A DNA stretch of 64,000 nt from Octopus vulgaris (Eukaryota), in NCBI GenBank assembly GCA_951406725.2, contig OX597819.1, positions 92,690,001 through 92,754,000 on the forward strand. Reading direction: 5' to 3'. Numbering within the stretch: position 1 is the stretch's first letter; each line of letters begins with the position of its first letter. The notes under the pieces were generated by a model, which was given only the letters and a program-made list of their open reading frames with translations, did no database searches and was not told the DNA's origin. Shown here one piece after another: positions 12,887-25,811 of this stretch. A program made the position numbers and the translations under genes.

Positions 12887-13517
12887 GTATTTATATATTT
12901 ACAAATATGTATATACAAACACACATATACACTCACACACGTATTGACGTATCGACCAGACTATCGGTTGCTGTTGAACACCACTGGTCACATTGTGCTT
13001 CCTCGTGTTGTTGTAGCTTTCAAATGGCGCCACGCCGCTGGTTAAGCCGACAGAACAACATTAACCCTAAATACTTACACAGAGACATACACACATGCAT
13101 GCATACATACATACATACATACGTACATACATACATACATACATACATACATACTTACATAAAAGCGCAATATGTAGGTGCGTGTGTGCTTGTGTTTGTA
13201 TGTATTTATGTATGGAAAATATGTATGTATATACAAAGACACATACATAAAACTGGCCTTTTGAAACTGTCTCAATAAATAGCAGGTGGTACGAAAGATG
13301 TATGTAGTTTCAAAGAGCAATGAATATTGATGGCGGGCAAAATTATATATAACAGTAAAACCAACGCCTCAGGACTAGATATTGATAGTATTGAAGGATA
13401 AATCTCGTGTGTAAAAATCACTTTGGTGTATGTTTTACCTGAACTATAACCGTTTGGACCGCGGTCCTGCTGGGCTACAGCCATGAAGGGTTTAGTCGAA
13501 CAAATCGAAGCCAGTAC

Positions 13518-13548
<31 letters not shown>

Positions 13549-14325
13549 CTTAATTACTCTTTTACTTGTTTCAGTCATTTTACTGCAGCCATGCTGGAGC
13601 ACCGCCTTTAAAATTGTGTATAGAAAGAAAGCAAAGACTGGCCAAATAATAAGACGAGAAAAATATGTCGATAGAGATTACGTAGAGAAGACAAATTTTT
13701 CCTGGTGCCAAAATTAATAACGTGTCGGCAAGTATGGGACCAGTACGTGGCCGGTCGTCTTGTTAAAAATAACAACGAATTTCCGTTAAATCACAACTTA
13801 AAGTTAAAAAATAAAAAAAAGATAAAGGATCCATTTTCAATGTTTTGCTGGGTGCTCCTAAAATCCGAATGGTCAACGTGGGAAATTCATTTTATAATAA
13901 ATCTGCTCAGTCAGAGCTAAACAACAATAGCAGCACCGACTACAACAAAGAACCCCCATAATCAGCAACTAAAATTATGCAATAACGATGGAAGAATTTT
14001 ATACATTAGTAAAAGACACGGGTGGTAGGAAAGAAGTTTTGCATATTCTGCCATTTTTCTAGCTCAAGGAATACAATAGCACTAAGCTAACAGCTCCTAT
14101 TATATCTATTTCAACATTTTCTTCTCGACACACCAATATTTTTCTAAAGCTCTTTCTTTCCAAACATTAGCGAAGCTCTATTAAGTCTACATCTATAGAC
14201 ACAAGACTCCACATACGAGAAACCAATCTTTTTCTTTATCATTCTATATACAGTGTGTGTGTGTGTCTGTGTGTGTGTTTATAAATATATATACATGTAT
14301 GTATATATATATATATATATATATA

Positions 14326-15116
14326 GCAATAATAATTCTCTAAAAGAGATATAGACAGTAACTGCTCGATAACATAAGGGACTGAAGCCATCTGAATATG
14401 GCTAGGGACAGGGCAGGGTGGTGGGGGTGTTACTGTTGCATTTAGCCCCAGGCGAACATCGACGTCACCAGAAAGGCTAGACACCGTCACGGTGTCCTTA
14501 TCCTGCAAAGGGAGGTAATTCCCCGATGAAGCGGAAACCACACACGGACCATGGTTTCAAGGTGTATTGCCTATCGTCGGCGTGTGGTAGGCTTCCGCTT
14601 CATCGGGGAATTACCTCCCTTTGCAGGATAAGGACACCGTGACGGTGTCGAGCCTTTCTGGTGACGTCGATGTTCGCCTGGGGCTAAATGCAACAGTAAC
14701 ACCCCCACCACCCTGCCCTGTCCCTAGCCATATTCAGATGGCTTTAGTCCCTTATGTTATCGAGCAGTTACTGTCTATATCTCTTTTAGAGAATTATTAT
14801 TGCTTTCGAACAGATTTTCGAAATCAGCAAATGTATTTTGCTTGAAAATCTATATGTGAAAATCCTGCAGAGTGAGAATTCGTCGAGGAAGCGGAAGCCT
14901 ACCACACGCCGACGATAGGCAATACACCTTGAAACCATGGTCCGTGTGTGGTTTCCGCTTCATCGGGGAATTACCTCCCTTTGCAGGATAAGGACACCGT
15001 GACGGTGTCTAGCCTTTCTGGTGACGTCGATGTTCGCCTGGGGCTAAATGCAACAGTAACACTCCCACCACCCTGCCCTGTCCCTAGCCATATTCAGATG
15101 GCTTTAGTCCCTTATG

Positions 15117-15120
<4 letters not shown>
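14326..15120. mobile_element. Hammerhead-containing 360-bp tandem unit preceded by an inverted copy (retrozyme/pLTR-like)
   Basis: Inverted copy 14326-14600; direct copies offset by 360 bp (14593-14760 and 14953-15120); (TA)n on both sides. Confidence 0.85.
14903..14948 (+). ncRNA. Type I hammerhead motif, CCGACGA core variant
   Basis: CACACG-CCGACGA-tAGGcaatacaCCTt-GAAAC-CATG-GTC-CGTGTG; stem I extends via GAAGCGGAA/TTCCGCTTC; mirror copy on the minus strand at ~14540-14586. Confidence 0.7.
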
Positions 15121-15155
<35 letters not shown>

Positions 15156-15288
15156 CACTCACATATATACTTATATATAAACTTACTTAATCCATACACT
15201 TTACTGGTGGTGAAAGAATAGAAGATAATAAATACTGTTTCTTTCTCTTTCTCTCTCTTCTTCTCTCACTGTCTGTCTGTCTGTCTGC

Positions 15289-15340
<52 letters not shown>

Positions 15341-15354
15341 ATATATATATATAT

Positions 15355-16060
15355 GATAAAACGGTAAGATAACAAAAGAAAGAAAGATACCTCAATATTA
15401 TGTAAATAGAGGAAATTTATCTATACAATAATATGTTACTTTACTCGGTAGTCAAGATAAAACTCTGAGTTTCAGATGCCGAAGTGGAAATCCACAACAC
15501 CATCTCTTCGGTTATCTGGCTATTTGAAAACACTATTGAAAAAATACCGTTAAATAAAGGGAAATTACTGTGTTATAACTCTGCTTGCCTGCGTACTTAT
15601 ACATCGCTCGCATTTTTCGTCATAAAAATTATATAAAAATACATAAAAAATAAAAAAAATATATAAAAATATATAAAAATCTTCTTGGGATATAACATAG
15701 AAAGCATGTTCTATCTGTTTTCTTTAGGGGACCAAAAACGTAACAGAAATTTAGTCACATTTGGGCATGATCCGAAAAGTTCTGTCCTTGTATTTAGACA
15801 TGTAGTAGGGTCTAAGCTGCTTTTCCAGATAAGCCATCTCTCCATGTCGCATAGACCGCACCTTCCACTGCCGTTGGTATAGGGCTTACATCTGGCTAAA
15901 ATCTTCCAATGTATGTTATAATCGACACCTTTATCTCTTAAAGACCAAATATGATTAGATAATTGTGTCGCTTTTCTTTTGTTCCAGTGCCTAAAGCTCA
16001 AAGTGTGGTTATTGAACCTGGCCTTGAAATTACCCTCTGTAAGGCCCACGTATTTCTTCA
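15355..16060 (-). mobile_element. 5'-truncated Penelope-like element (Naiad-like): GIY-YIG C-terminus plus 3' UTR/pLTR with hammerhead
   Basis: KKYVGLTEGNFKARFNNH..SF..TQLSNHIW..W.IL..C.LC..E..I..LN.R.EL...C (16060-15711); hammerhead-like motif at ~15455-15515; ends in (TA)n. Confidence 0.85.
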
Positions 16061-16108
16061 TCGAAACGGTTAGTAAGGAGAGACACAAATAAGTAAGAAG
16101 AAAACAAA

Positions 16109-16153
16109 GGACCACTGATGCGGTCACAGGAGTGTGACGAAAGAACTCTGGCC
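16109..16153 (+). ncRNA. Degenerate hammerhead-like motif
   Basis: GGACCA-CTGATGcg-GTCAC aggagt GTGAC-GAAAG-aa-CTC-TGGCC. Confidence 0.4.
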
Positions 16154-16359
16154 GAAATAAGATTAAGATTAATGTAAAAAATAAATAACACTGAAGCAAA
16201 GTAACACCAAATATATAGTACGTGTGTTTTTATTTTATTGGCTAAACTGGCAAAATGACCATTCCGAAATACAACAATATCTGTTTCAACACACGACTTC
16301 ACATAAAAAATCTTGCACAACAAATATTTAAACGTATATATATATATATATATATATAT

Positions 16360-16657
16360 GTAAATGTAATATGTGATAATTATTCGGTAGCCATGATAAA
16401 ACTCCGAGTTTGCGATGTCGAGGTGGAAATCCACGCCACCATCTCTTCAGTTATCTGGCCATCGAAAAAATGCTGCATTTTTCCGATGGCCGGATAACTG
16501 AAGAGATGGTGGTGTAGATTTCCACCTCGGCATCCGAAACTCGGAGTTTTATCATGGCTACCGAATAATTATCACATATTACATTTACAGATAAATTGCT
16601 CTATTTACATAATATCGAGGTCGCTTTCTCTCTTTTGTTGTCTTACCATTTTTATCA

Positions 16658-16659
<2 letters not shown>
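16360..16659. mobile_element. Palindromic pLTR-derived element with hammerheads on both arms
   Basis: Inverted repeat 16360-16588 centred at ~16473; plus-strand GATAA-CTGAAGA(16498)-GATG..CATC-c-GAAAC-TCGGA-GTT-TTATC; left-arm copy has GAAA changed to CAAA. Confidence 0.85.
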
Positions 16660-16689
<30 letters not shown>

Positions 16690-17312
16690 AAGAAACACAT
16701 ATAAACAAATAATGTAACGTATACTGAATGTTAAAACGAACGGGAGACACACAGAAGGTCCGCAATTGTTCATCAGTTATCAACCAAGTGATGTTGTTCT
16801 GTTTCGCACCTTTAACGATTAGGCCGAGTGCTACCCAATCGGCTGTGCCTGCCAAAAAAAAAAAAAGAAAATGCGGCGAATTAGGTACAAGAGTAATGAG
16901 AACAAAACAAAACAGATAAAATGACACAAAGTGAGATTTAGGACAAGGACGAACAGGCAAACAAAATACGGCCTTGGGAGCAAGGACACGTGAATAGTGG
17001 GTAACACCTCGAAAATGTCTTGAAGGATGGACAACGGAAAGAAAGAGAATTTGGGACTGGTCGGCTTAGGAACCAGTCTAAGAAAGAAAGAATAAGAGCA
17101 ACTGGCCACTGTTCACGTGACAGCAGCAGGCAAAGAAGAAGGACAGCAGGGACAGAGAGCGACATAAATATAGGGAAGGGGATGAAAGGCGAGGAGAAAA
17201 GCTAGGAATACAAGAGAGTGAGAGAGAGAAAGAAAAGGAGTAAGTAGATAGGCTAGAATAGAAGAGAAAGGGTGAGAGAAACAGAAGGGAAAAGAATGAA
17301 GGCAAGAGAGAG

Positions 17313-17375
<63 letters not shown>

Positions 17376-17399
17376 CACAACGGTATATAAAAAACTTAA

Positions 17400-17632
17400 G
17401 GCGGCGAGCTGGCAGAAACGTTAGCACGCCGGATGAAATGCTTAGTGGTATTTCGTCTGTCGTTACGTTGTGAGTTCAAATTCCGCCGAGGTTAACTTTG
17501 CCTTTCATCCTTTCGGGGTCGATAAATTAAGTACCAGTTCCGCACTGTGATCGATGTAATCGACATAATACCTATGTCTGTCCTTGTTTGTCCCCTCTAT
17601 GTTTAGCGCCTTGTGGGTAATAAAGAAATAGG
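17400..17632 (+). mobile_element. Nin/Deu-type tRNA SINE with target-site duplication
   Basis: Full copy; GGTATATAAAAAACTT repeated on both sides (17382-17397 and 17631-17646). Confidence 0.9.
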
Positions 17633-18046
17633 TATATAAAAAACTTGTTAATACAAATTCGGTATGTGTTGCGTTCCATTACTTGATAAATAAAAAAAAA
17701 TGTATAAACAAACGACGTAATGTACATATATATATAAATATATAACATTCACTCTAGCTATTTATCTACCGGTCTCTTATTTTATAGGTATGTGTATATG
17801 CATGTGCTGCAACTCGTATGTTTGTTTATGCACACTTGTATTTTTTTTTCGCTATTATTGTTTAGAATATGTTCTAGGTGTGAAGGGGGTATCCCATCCA
17901 AACTGCTTATAACCGTGTTCTAATGACGGAGGGAATGTACAGAAATCAGACGGAATTCTATGTAGAGATGTAAAAACAGAAACATCAGAAAGAAAAGATT
18001 CTTATGAACGGTTATAAAATAAGAACTTGATACAATTGCATTAATT

Positions 18047-18209
18047 GGCAGGAGTGGCTGTGTGGTAAGTAGCTTGTTTACCAACCACATGGTTCCGGGT
18101 TCAGTCCCACTGCGTGGCATCTTGGGCAAGTGTCTTCTGCTATAGCCTCGGGCCAACCAAAGCCTTGTGAGTGGATTTGGTAGACGGAAACTGGAAGAAG
18201 CCTGTCGTA

Positions 18210-18262
<53 letters not shown>

Positions 18263-18490
18263 ATATGTTTGTGTGCCTGTGTTTATCCCCCTAGCATTGC
18301 TTGACAACCGATGCTGGTGTGTTTACGTCCCCGTCACTTAGCAGTTCGGCAAAAGAGACCGATAGAATAAGTACTGGGCTTACAAAAGAATAAGTCCCGG
18401 GGTCGAGTTGCTCGATTAAAGGCGGTGCTCAGCATCGATTAAAGGTGGTGCTCTAGCATGGCCGCAGTCAAAAGAGAGAGAGAGACTGGA
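18047..18490 (+). mobile_element. OR/OK-like tRNA SINE
   Basis: Same head, body and internal microsatellite as 9385-9815. Confidence 0.9.
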
Positions 18491-18495
18491 AACAA

Positions 18496-18856
18496 AGGCT
18501 AGAAAGATAAATTAATTCATAGTGAACTAAACAACGTCTTTGGATAGTTTTCGTAAACAAGTAGTCTTAGTAAACATGCTATTTTAGCTTCACCGTGAGA
18601 AGTCAAAAATGGATCTACGCTGTAAGTTTAATCTCTGCATCAGTAAAAGAGTAATACAAGTAAGCAAAGCAAAGTAGTGAGGGAAGGAAGAGAGAGAGAA
18701 AAGGAAACAGAAGGCTAAAAAGATAAATTAATTCATAGTGAACTAAACAACGTCTTTGGATTCGTAAACAAGTAGTCTTAGTAAACATGCTATTTTAGCT
18801 TCACGGTGAGAAGTCAAAAAAATGGATCTACGCTGTAAGTTTAATCTCTGCATCAG
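18496..18856 (+). repeat. Local direct duplication (~148 bp x2)
   Basis: AAGGCTA.AAAGATAAATTAATTCATAGTG...CTCTGCATCAG at 18496-18643 and 18711-18856. Confidence 0.85.
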
Positions 18857-19059
18857 CAGAAAAAATATCGGCCTATAAAGTTCTTAGTGTTGTTAGGTCA
18901 GAGAAAGAATAACCAAATTATGTACACAGATATACAAGTAACTTATAGTTGCATATATATCGTGTATGAAAAAATACATTTTAGCTAAATTAGTCCGTCT
19001 AATTTACAGAAAAGTGCATATATTGACATGAATTAAATCGTTAATACGTAAATGAGTCT

Positions 19060-19144
19060 TCTTGTTGTTGTTGTTGTTGTTGTTGTTGTTCTTCTTCTTC
19101 TTCTTGTTGTTGTTGTTGTTCTTCTTCTTCTTCTTCTTCTTCTT

Positions 19145-19203
<59 letters not shown>

Positions 19204-19235
19204 CATTATTATTATTATTATTATTATCATTAACA
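19060..19235. repeat. Compound trinucleotide microsatellite (TTG/TTC/TTA)
   Basis: Direct reading. Confidence 0.95.
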
Positions 19236-19242
19236 TCATTAA

Positions 19243-19452
19243 AGCAGTGAGCTGACAGAACCGTTAGCACGCCAGGTATTTCCTTAGCAGTATTTCGTCT
19301 GCCGTTACGTTCTGAGTCCAAATTTCGCTGCGGTCGACTTTGTCTTTCATTCTTTCAGGGTCGATAAATTAAGTAAGAGTTGTGTACTGGAGTCGGTGTA
19401 ATCGACTTATCCCCTCCCCAAAATTTCAGGTCTTGTAGCTATAGCAGAAAGG
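19243..19452 (+). mobile_element. Nin/Deu-type SINE (older subfamily)
   Basis: GAGCTGACAGAACCGTTAGCAC...GGTCGACTTTGTCTTTCATTCTTTCAGGGTCGATAAATT, followed by a (CAT)n tail. Confidence 0.8.
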
Positions 19453-19681
19453 ATCATCATCATCATCATCATCATCTTCCTTCAAATTTTCTTCCGTTTC
19501 TCGCCGAGTGTTTTCCGTACACCTCGGGCAGAGAGGCTCATTGTATGCATTCCCAGATTACACACGCAAATTCACATGTAAAATATGTATTTAAAAAATT
19601 AATGAATAAATAAATTCATGGATGGATGTTGTTTTCACAGCGATAGTTTAGCTCTTGTGGGTACATAGCCGTTCCAGTTAA

Positions 19682-19732
<51 letters not shown>

Positions 19733-19747
19733 CATTATTATTATCAT

Positions 19748-20187
19748 GCGCAGAGTGGCTGTGTTAGCACGCAGGGTGAAACGCTTGCTAAACAACCACA
19801 TGGTTCTGGGTTCAAATCCACTGCGTGGCATCTTGGGCATCATTCTTCTGCTATAGCCCCGGGCCGACCAATGCCTGGTGAGTGGATTTGGTAGACGGAA
19901 ACTGAAAACAAGCCCGTCGTATATATGTATATATATATATATATGTATGTGTGTGTTTGTGTGTCTGTGTTTGTCCCCCTAGCATTGTTTTCCGACAACC
20001 GATGCTGGTGTCATTATATGCATCCCCAGTCACTTACGCGGTTCGGCAAAAGAGACCGATAGAATAAGTACTGGGCTTACAATAGAATAAGTCTTGGGGT
20101 GGATTTGCTCACAGCGATAGTGCTCTTCTCAGTACATGAGCCGTTCCAGTCAACATGACTGAAACAAGTAGGGATGTAAAGAGTAAA
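19748..20187 (+). mobile_element. OR/OK-like tRNA SINE
   Basis: Similarity to 9385-9815. Confidence 0.85.
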
Positions 20188-20209
20188 GGTTTATTATTAT
20201 TATTATTAT

Positions 20210-20311
<102 letters not shown>

Positions 20312-21483
20312 TAGTAGTAGTAGCAGTGACTGGTGTTGGCGGCGGCGGCTGTAATGATAGTTGTATTGGTAGCAGTAGCGATAGCAGCCGCAATATCAGC
20401 AGCAACAGTAGTAATTTTAGTGGTAATATTAGTAAGGCAGCTATCTCGCGGATTTGCGAGACTGTCTGGAAAAATTAGTTCTGGCCCTTTACATCCCGAA
20501 GTTAAATCTTTCCCTTAGAAAGCAGCTGACTCCCTCTTTTTAAATGTGATGTGTTTAATACGGGGATTGTTGTCCCTGTTCCTGTTGTAGCAGATAAGAA
20601 ACGCATCAAAGAAAGACCGAAGAAAAATGACGGTGGCTGAAAAAAAAGAAGCTGTTACGTCAGGTTTTGTCAGGTGAGTTGTAAACATATTGTGAAAGGA
20701 AATGGGTCGGACAGTGAAGTTGAGATACATTTGAATTTATTGTCTTTGGGGAATGGCAAACATAATTGACAAACGTGTAATTTTATTGCATGCAAACTTC
20801 ACAATGGAAATGACCGCAATTCAAACTATATCGGGATGGGTCAATTTTCATATTTAAGAAAGATTTTACCTAATGATAGTACGACAGTCCAAACAGCTAG
20901 GATTGGCAGGCAATTAGACAGTTGCCGTGTTTAGCAGTAAACATTGGAACAATGCCATGTCAACATCTGGAAAATTATTTGAAGCATATCAATTCGACAA
21001 TTGGAAAAGGACAAAAATCCGGTTGTATGTCCGGATATCAATTTTAGAAGACTAGTGAACAGTATATTTGGCTTAAACTTAACATGACATTTTGCATATA
21101 TACTTAAACTAATGTCATGTAGTCTAGCAGTGAGACTTTTGTGTTTGCGATACTAAAGATCAGATCTTATGCTGTATTCTTCAGTAAGTTCATAATCATT
21201 TCAACTTGCCCCGGTTCACTCAGCTGAGAACATGAGTGATTTATCTATTTTTCATGCAGCTTTTCCTCTCCCCAGATTTCATCTATCGGCTTTCCGCTGC
21301 GTGAGAAGATTGAGTGTTTCCCTATATCTGATTGCAGCTATATGGTCACCAGAAACAATTACGAAAATACAGTACAAGATGCAACCAAAGATACTCGCTT
21401 TCAAATGAAGGCTTTTGTCGTTTATGCTACTAAACTGATAATATATATTAGTTCGACACAGTAGTGAAAATGGAAAATTAAGT

Positions 21484-21852
21484 AGGCGTAGGAGTGGCTG
21501 TGTGGTAAGTAGCTTGCTTGCCAACCACATGGTTCCGAGTTCAGTTCCACGGCGTGGCACCTTGGACAAGTGTCTTCTACTATAGCCTCGGGCCGACCAA
21601 AGCCTTGTGAGTGGATTAGGTAGACGGAAACTGAAAGAAGCCCGTCGTATATATGTATATATATGTATGTGTATGTATATGTTTGTGTGTGTGTTTTTGT
21701 CCCCCCCCCCCCAACATCACTTGACAACCGATGCTGGTGTGTTTACGTCCCCGTAACTTAGCGGTTCGGCAAAAGAGAGCGATAGAATAAGTACTAGACA
21801 TACAAAGAATAAGTACTAGGGTCAATTTGCTCGACTGAAACAAGTAAAGAGA
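21484..21852 (+). mobile_element. OR/OK-like tRNA SINE
   Basis: Similarity to 9385-9815. Confidence 0.9.
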
Positions 21853-22935
21853 GAAAGTATTCTCCATGCGATGTTGAATATTCGAGCCTGTTTACATTAC
21901 ATGGTGAACATTATAACTAAGCTGAAGTGCATAATTAATTACCACATAAATTAGAAATATACAACAAAGCGAGAATACGGTAGACTACTTATGACTAACG
22001 CTGCAATATGCCCATTACCATCTCAACTTAAGCAACTTATACGCTGGATACTGCAGGGTGTTATAATTTACCGCTGTATTATTTTAGAAGCATTAAATGT
22101 TTCATTGCCTTTCAGTTCGGAGCTCGATTTCCTTTGCAGAAAACAGTTTAACAGCGAAAGACTAATGTTGTTGATCTTCAATACCTTAACAGCTGCTTTC
22201 AACAGATTACATGAGCATGCCACGACAGAGAATGTTTGGCATATTTGGATGCTGCAACTACTATACAGACGTACTTTTAAACTTCATCCAAAAATAAACA
22301 ATCATTCAACGCAATGTGTTCTGTTGTTGCATCATTTACCATATTAGAGTTCTTCAGCTTCTAAGCATACACATTATGACCTAATCAACAAACCGTACAG
22401 ACTCTGATCGATCGACCCAGTTTTCTTATTGCTAACCCTGTTGTTCTTACGAAGATACACCACACATCTTTTTATTCACCATGCTGCAATTTCCTTCTGT
22501 CTGTCACACACTTGTTTTCTAGCCTAGTATTTGTCACCAACACAAAGTAAGTTTTGAAGCTGCACTTAAAATGTTGCGACTTACCCAGGTGAGGTAAAAT
22601 ATAGGCAGCAGACCACATGACAGAGAATAAGGGGAAAACAAAGTGGAAGTGAGACGGCTGTAACTTAGATAATAAAAACAGAGATAGGAGAAGAAAGGAG
22701 GGACAACGGAGGAGTTGAGGGGAAAGAAGAATAGAGGTGCAGTGGTGGCCAACGACAGGTACTAACGTAGAGACAGGGTTCATTACAAATAGTTATAAAG
22801 ATATAAGAATGGAAAACGTTTCAAAAACAGGAAACGAACAGTCTTTCAACCGAATGATGTGCTTCAAAAGTAGTCAAAGAATCAAAATCAATTAACGAAA
22901 CACAGAAGTATATATGTACACCCGTACAACAAAAG

Positions 22936-23011
<76 letters not shown>

Positions 23012-23226
23012 ACACACACATATATATGTAAGAACAGAATGGATGAAGTAGAGCAGGAGCATACAAGAGGATGGAAAGTGTCCTGCACATGTCATAAATG
23101 TGTGACGAATGATTTCCGGACAATGGACATGAGTTAAAATAAGATCGATAATGAACGAGTGAAGAACGAATATATAGTGCGTATGTTTATTTGTCAAAAA
23201 AATAAACAGCGACCGTCCCGAACTAT

Positions 23227-23272
<46 letters not shown>

Positions 23273-23321
23273 AGAGAGAGAGAGAAAGAGAGAGAGAGAA
23301 GCAGACAGACAGACAGACAGG

Positions 23322-23399
<78 letters not shown>

Positions 23400-23673
23400 T
23401 GCATGTAAATAAGGATATACTAATCGTTGTTTTCCGCAAGTCATATCCTTTCTATTATAGGTACAATGCTTGAAATTTTCTTGGCAGTGGGGTTAGTCGA
23501 TTACATCTGTTCCACAGCTCAAACTGCGATAGGATGGGAAGCAGAGTCGACCTCCACTGAATTTGAACTCTGAACTCAGAACGGAAACACGGACAAAATT
23601 CTGCTAAGTATTCTGTCAGTCGTTGCTAATGACTTTGCTAGCTATATATAAAAACCAGTTAACATTAAGCGAC

Positions 23674-24190
23674 TACCGTAAATCCTCGAATATAATCCGC
23701 ATTTTTTCCCAAAATTTAAAGGTCAAAATCCCTAGTATATACTATATATGAGGTTAAAAAATGTAAATTATTTTCTAAGCAATGTCCGAGACTCTATTTG
23801 CTGTCCGGCAATGTTTATTCAGATGCATTTTGTGATGTCGGGTGCGAAAATACCTTACGCTAAGCCTGAAAGCAATGAAGTCATAAAAGAATCATCCGTA
23901 ATTTGCAATAAGCAACATTTATTAAACGTTATTACTGTTATTACTGTTATTTCTTTATTCTCTGCAAACAAAATGCACAAAAAAGCTGCATGTTTGCATT
24001 ATGATATATATATACAATAATAATAAAGGACGTTACCGTATACAGTTTTACAAACCAAGGACGTTATATAGACCTCCTTGACTCAAGTTAGAGAAAGGGT
24101 GTGTATTATACACAAGGTTTAGGTTTTTCAGAAGCACAGCCCCCTAAATTTCCCTGCGTATTATACTCAAGGGTGGACTATACTCGAGGA
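23674..24190. mobile_element. Non-autonomous DNA transposon (pogo/Tc1-like MITE)
   Basis: Terminal inverted repeats TACCGTAAATCCTCGAATATAATCCGC / GTGGACTATACTCGAGGA (right end truncated). Confidence 0.65.
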
Positions 24191-24415
24191 AATAGTAGAC
24201 TATATAAATATTAGGCTTTTACGTGGAAATCTTATCAGTGACTTTGAATGGCGAACAAGCAGGAACTGGGAACTCACTCACAAACATTTCCTTGTACGAT
24301 TAGTAATACATATATACGTACAGGCAGACAGACAGATAGACATCCACACCGACAGACATACATATAAATAAATATGTATATTTATAATATATAATATAAC
24401 GTATTATACTATACT

Positions 24416-24458
<43 letters not shown>

Positions 24459-24525
24459 TATATACGTTGTACATAATGTACATAAACATTTATATATATA
24501 TATTATATATATATATATATATGTA

Positions 24526-24615
<90 letters not shown>

Positions 24616-24774
24616 TTTAATTATTCACTGCAGCCCTTTGCTTCAGGAGTCTATTAGCGCGCCGGAACCAAGACATTTGAAATTTTATTCCCGATGTAAT
24701 CAGTAAGACTAAGCACGTGTCTGTCTTGACACAGAGAGCTGGGGTTAGTCTTGCGGTTTGCATCTCGAGGACCG

Positions 24775-24850
24775 AATGTACTGAAGAAGTCACGGACACT
24801 TGAATTATGCAAGTAATTCTTTTGTTAAGACCGAAACCGAGGTATGCATT
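24775..24850 (+). ncRNA. Type I hammerhead ribozyme motif, canonical core
   Basis: AATGTA-CTGAAGA-aGTC...GACc-GAAAC-CGAG-GTA-TGCATT; 6-bp stem I; lies in a ~400 bp insert (24615-25008) with (TA)n on both sides. Confidence 0.8.
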
Positions 24851-25007
24851 TAAGTCTGTTTTTTATTTAATTTTTCATATGTCCTGTCCGCCAAATTTGG
24901 TTCTGGTGTTCGCTGAATTCTTCCTCTAGAGAATTTCCCTTGTAGTTTGATCGTTTATGATCTATTTCTAGCATTCTGGCCGGCTACCTAGCAGGCCAGC
25001 CCTGCCA

Positions 25008-25076
<69 letters not shown>

Positions 25077-25548
25077 TATATGTATGTACTGCTCATAATA
25101 CACTTCCTATCATAACATATATCAAATTCCTAATTCTTGATACCATATTACAACGTATCTTTGTAAGTAGGACATGATCTGATAAGGATATTAAAGCTAG
25201 AACATAATGTTCTAACATTAAGATAACTACTTCACAAATTTTTCAACATGCCTCATCTTCCGATCAATACATGAAAACATCGTCTAATATCAAATTTGGA
25301 AATAGTCATTTTGTTTTATTGATAGACTACCCTAAAGCGAAATCAATCCTCCAATTTGGTTTTATCATGAAGTAAATTTGATTTAGCTCCTATCATAATC
25401 CGAATGATCCGATTTAGAAAAGGTACATTACACACACACACGCACACACAAACACACACACGCACACACACACGCACAAACACGCACGCACGTTACCATA
25501 CCACCACCACTACCACCACCACCACCACCACCACCACCTAGATACATA

Positions 25549-25583
<35 letters not shown>

Positions 25584-25609
25584 GCAAACAGGGATGTGAG
25601 TATATATAT

Positions 25610-25670
<61 letters not shown>

Positions 25671-25775
25671 TAAATACAAGCGTGTGTGCATATATATACA
25701 TACATGGATATATAGATACATATATATATATATTATATATATATACATACATACATACATACATACATACATACA

Positions 25776-25811
<36 letters not shown>

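Noticed and set aside
14239-15190. Three near-identical short ORFs (MVSASSGNYLPLQDKD...)
   Set aside because: By-product of the repeated non-coding unit; two run into (TA)n and the starts are not ATG
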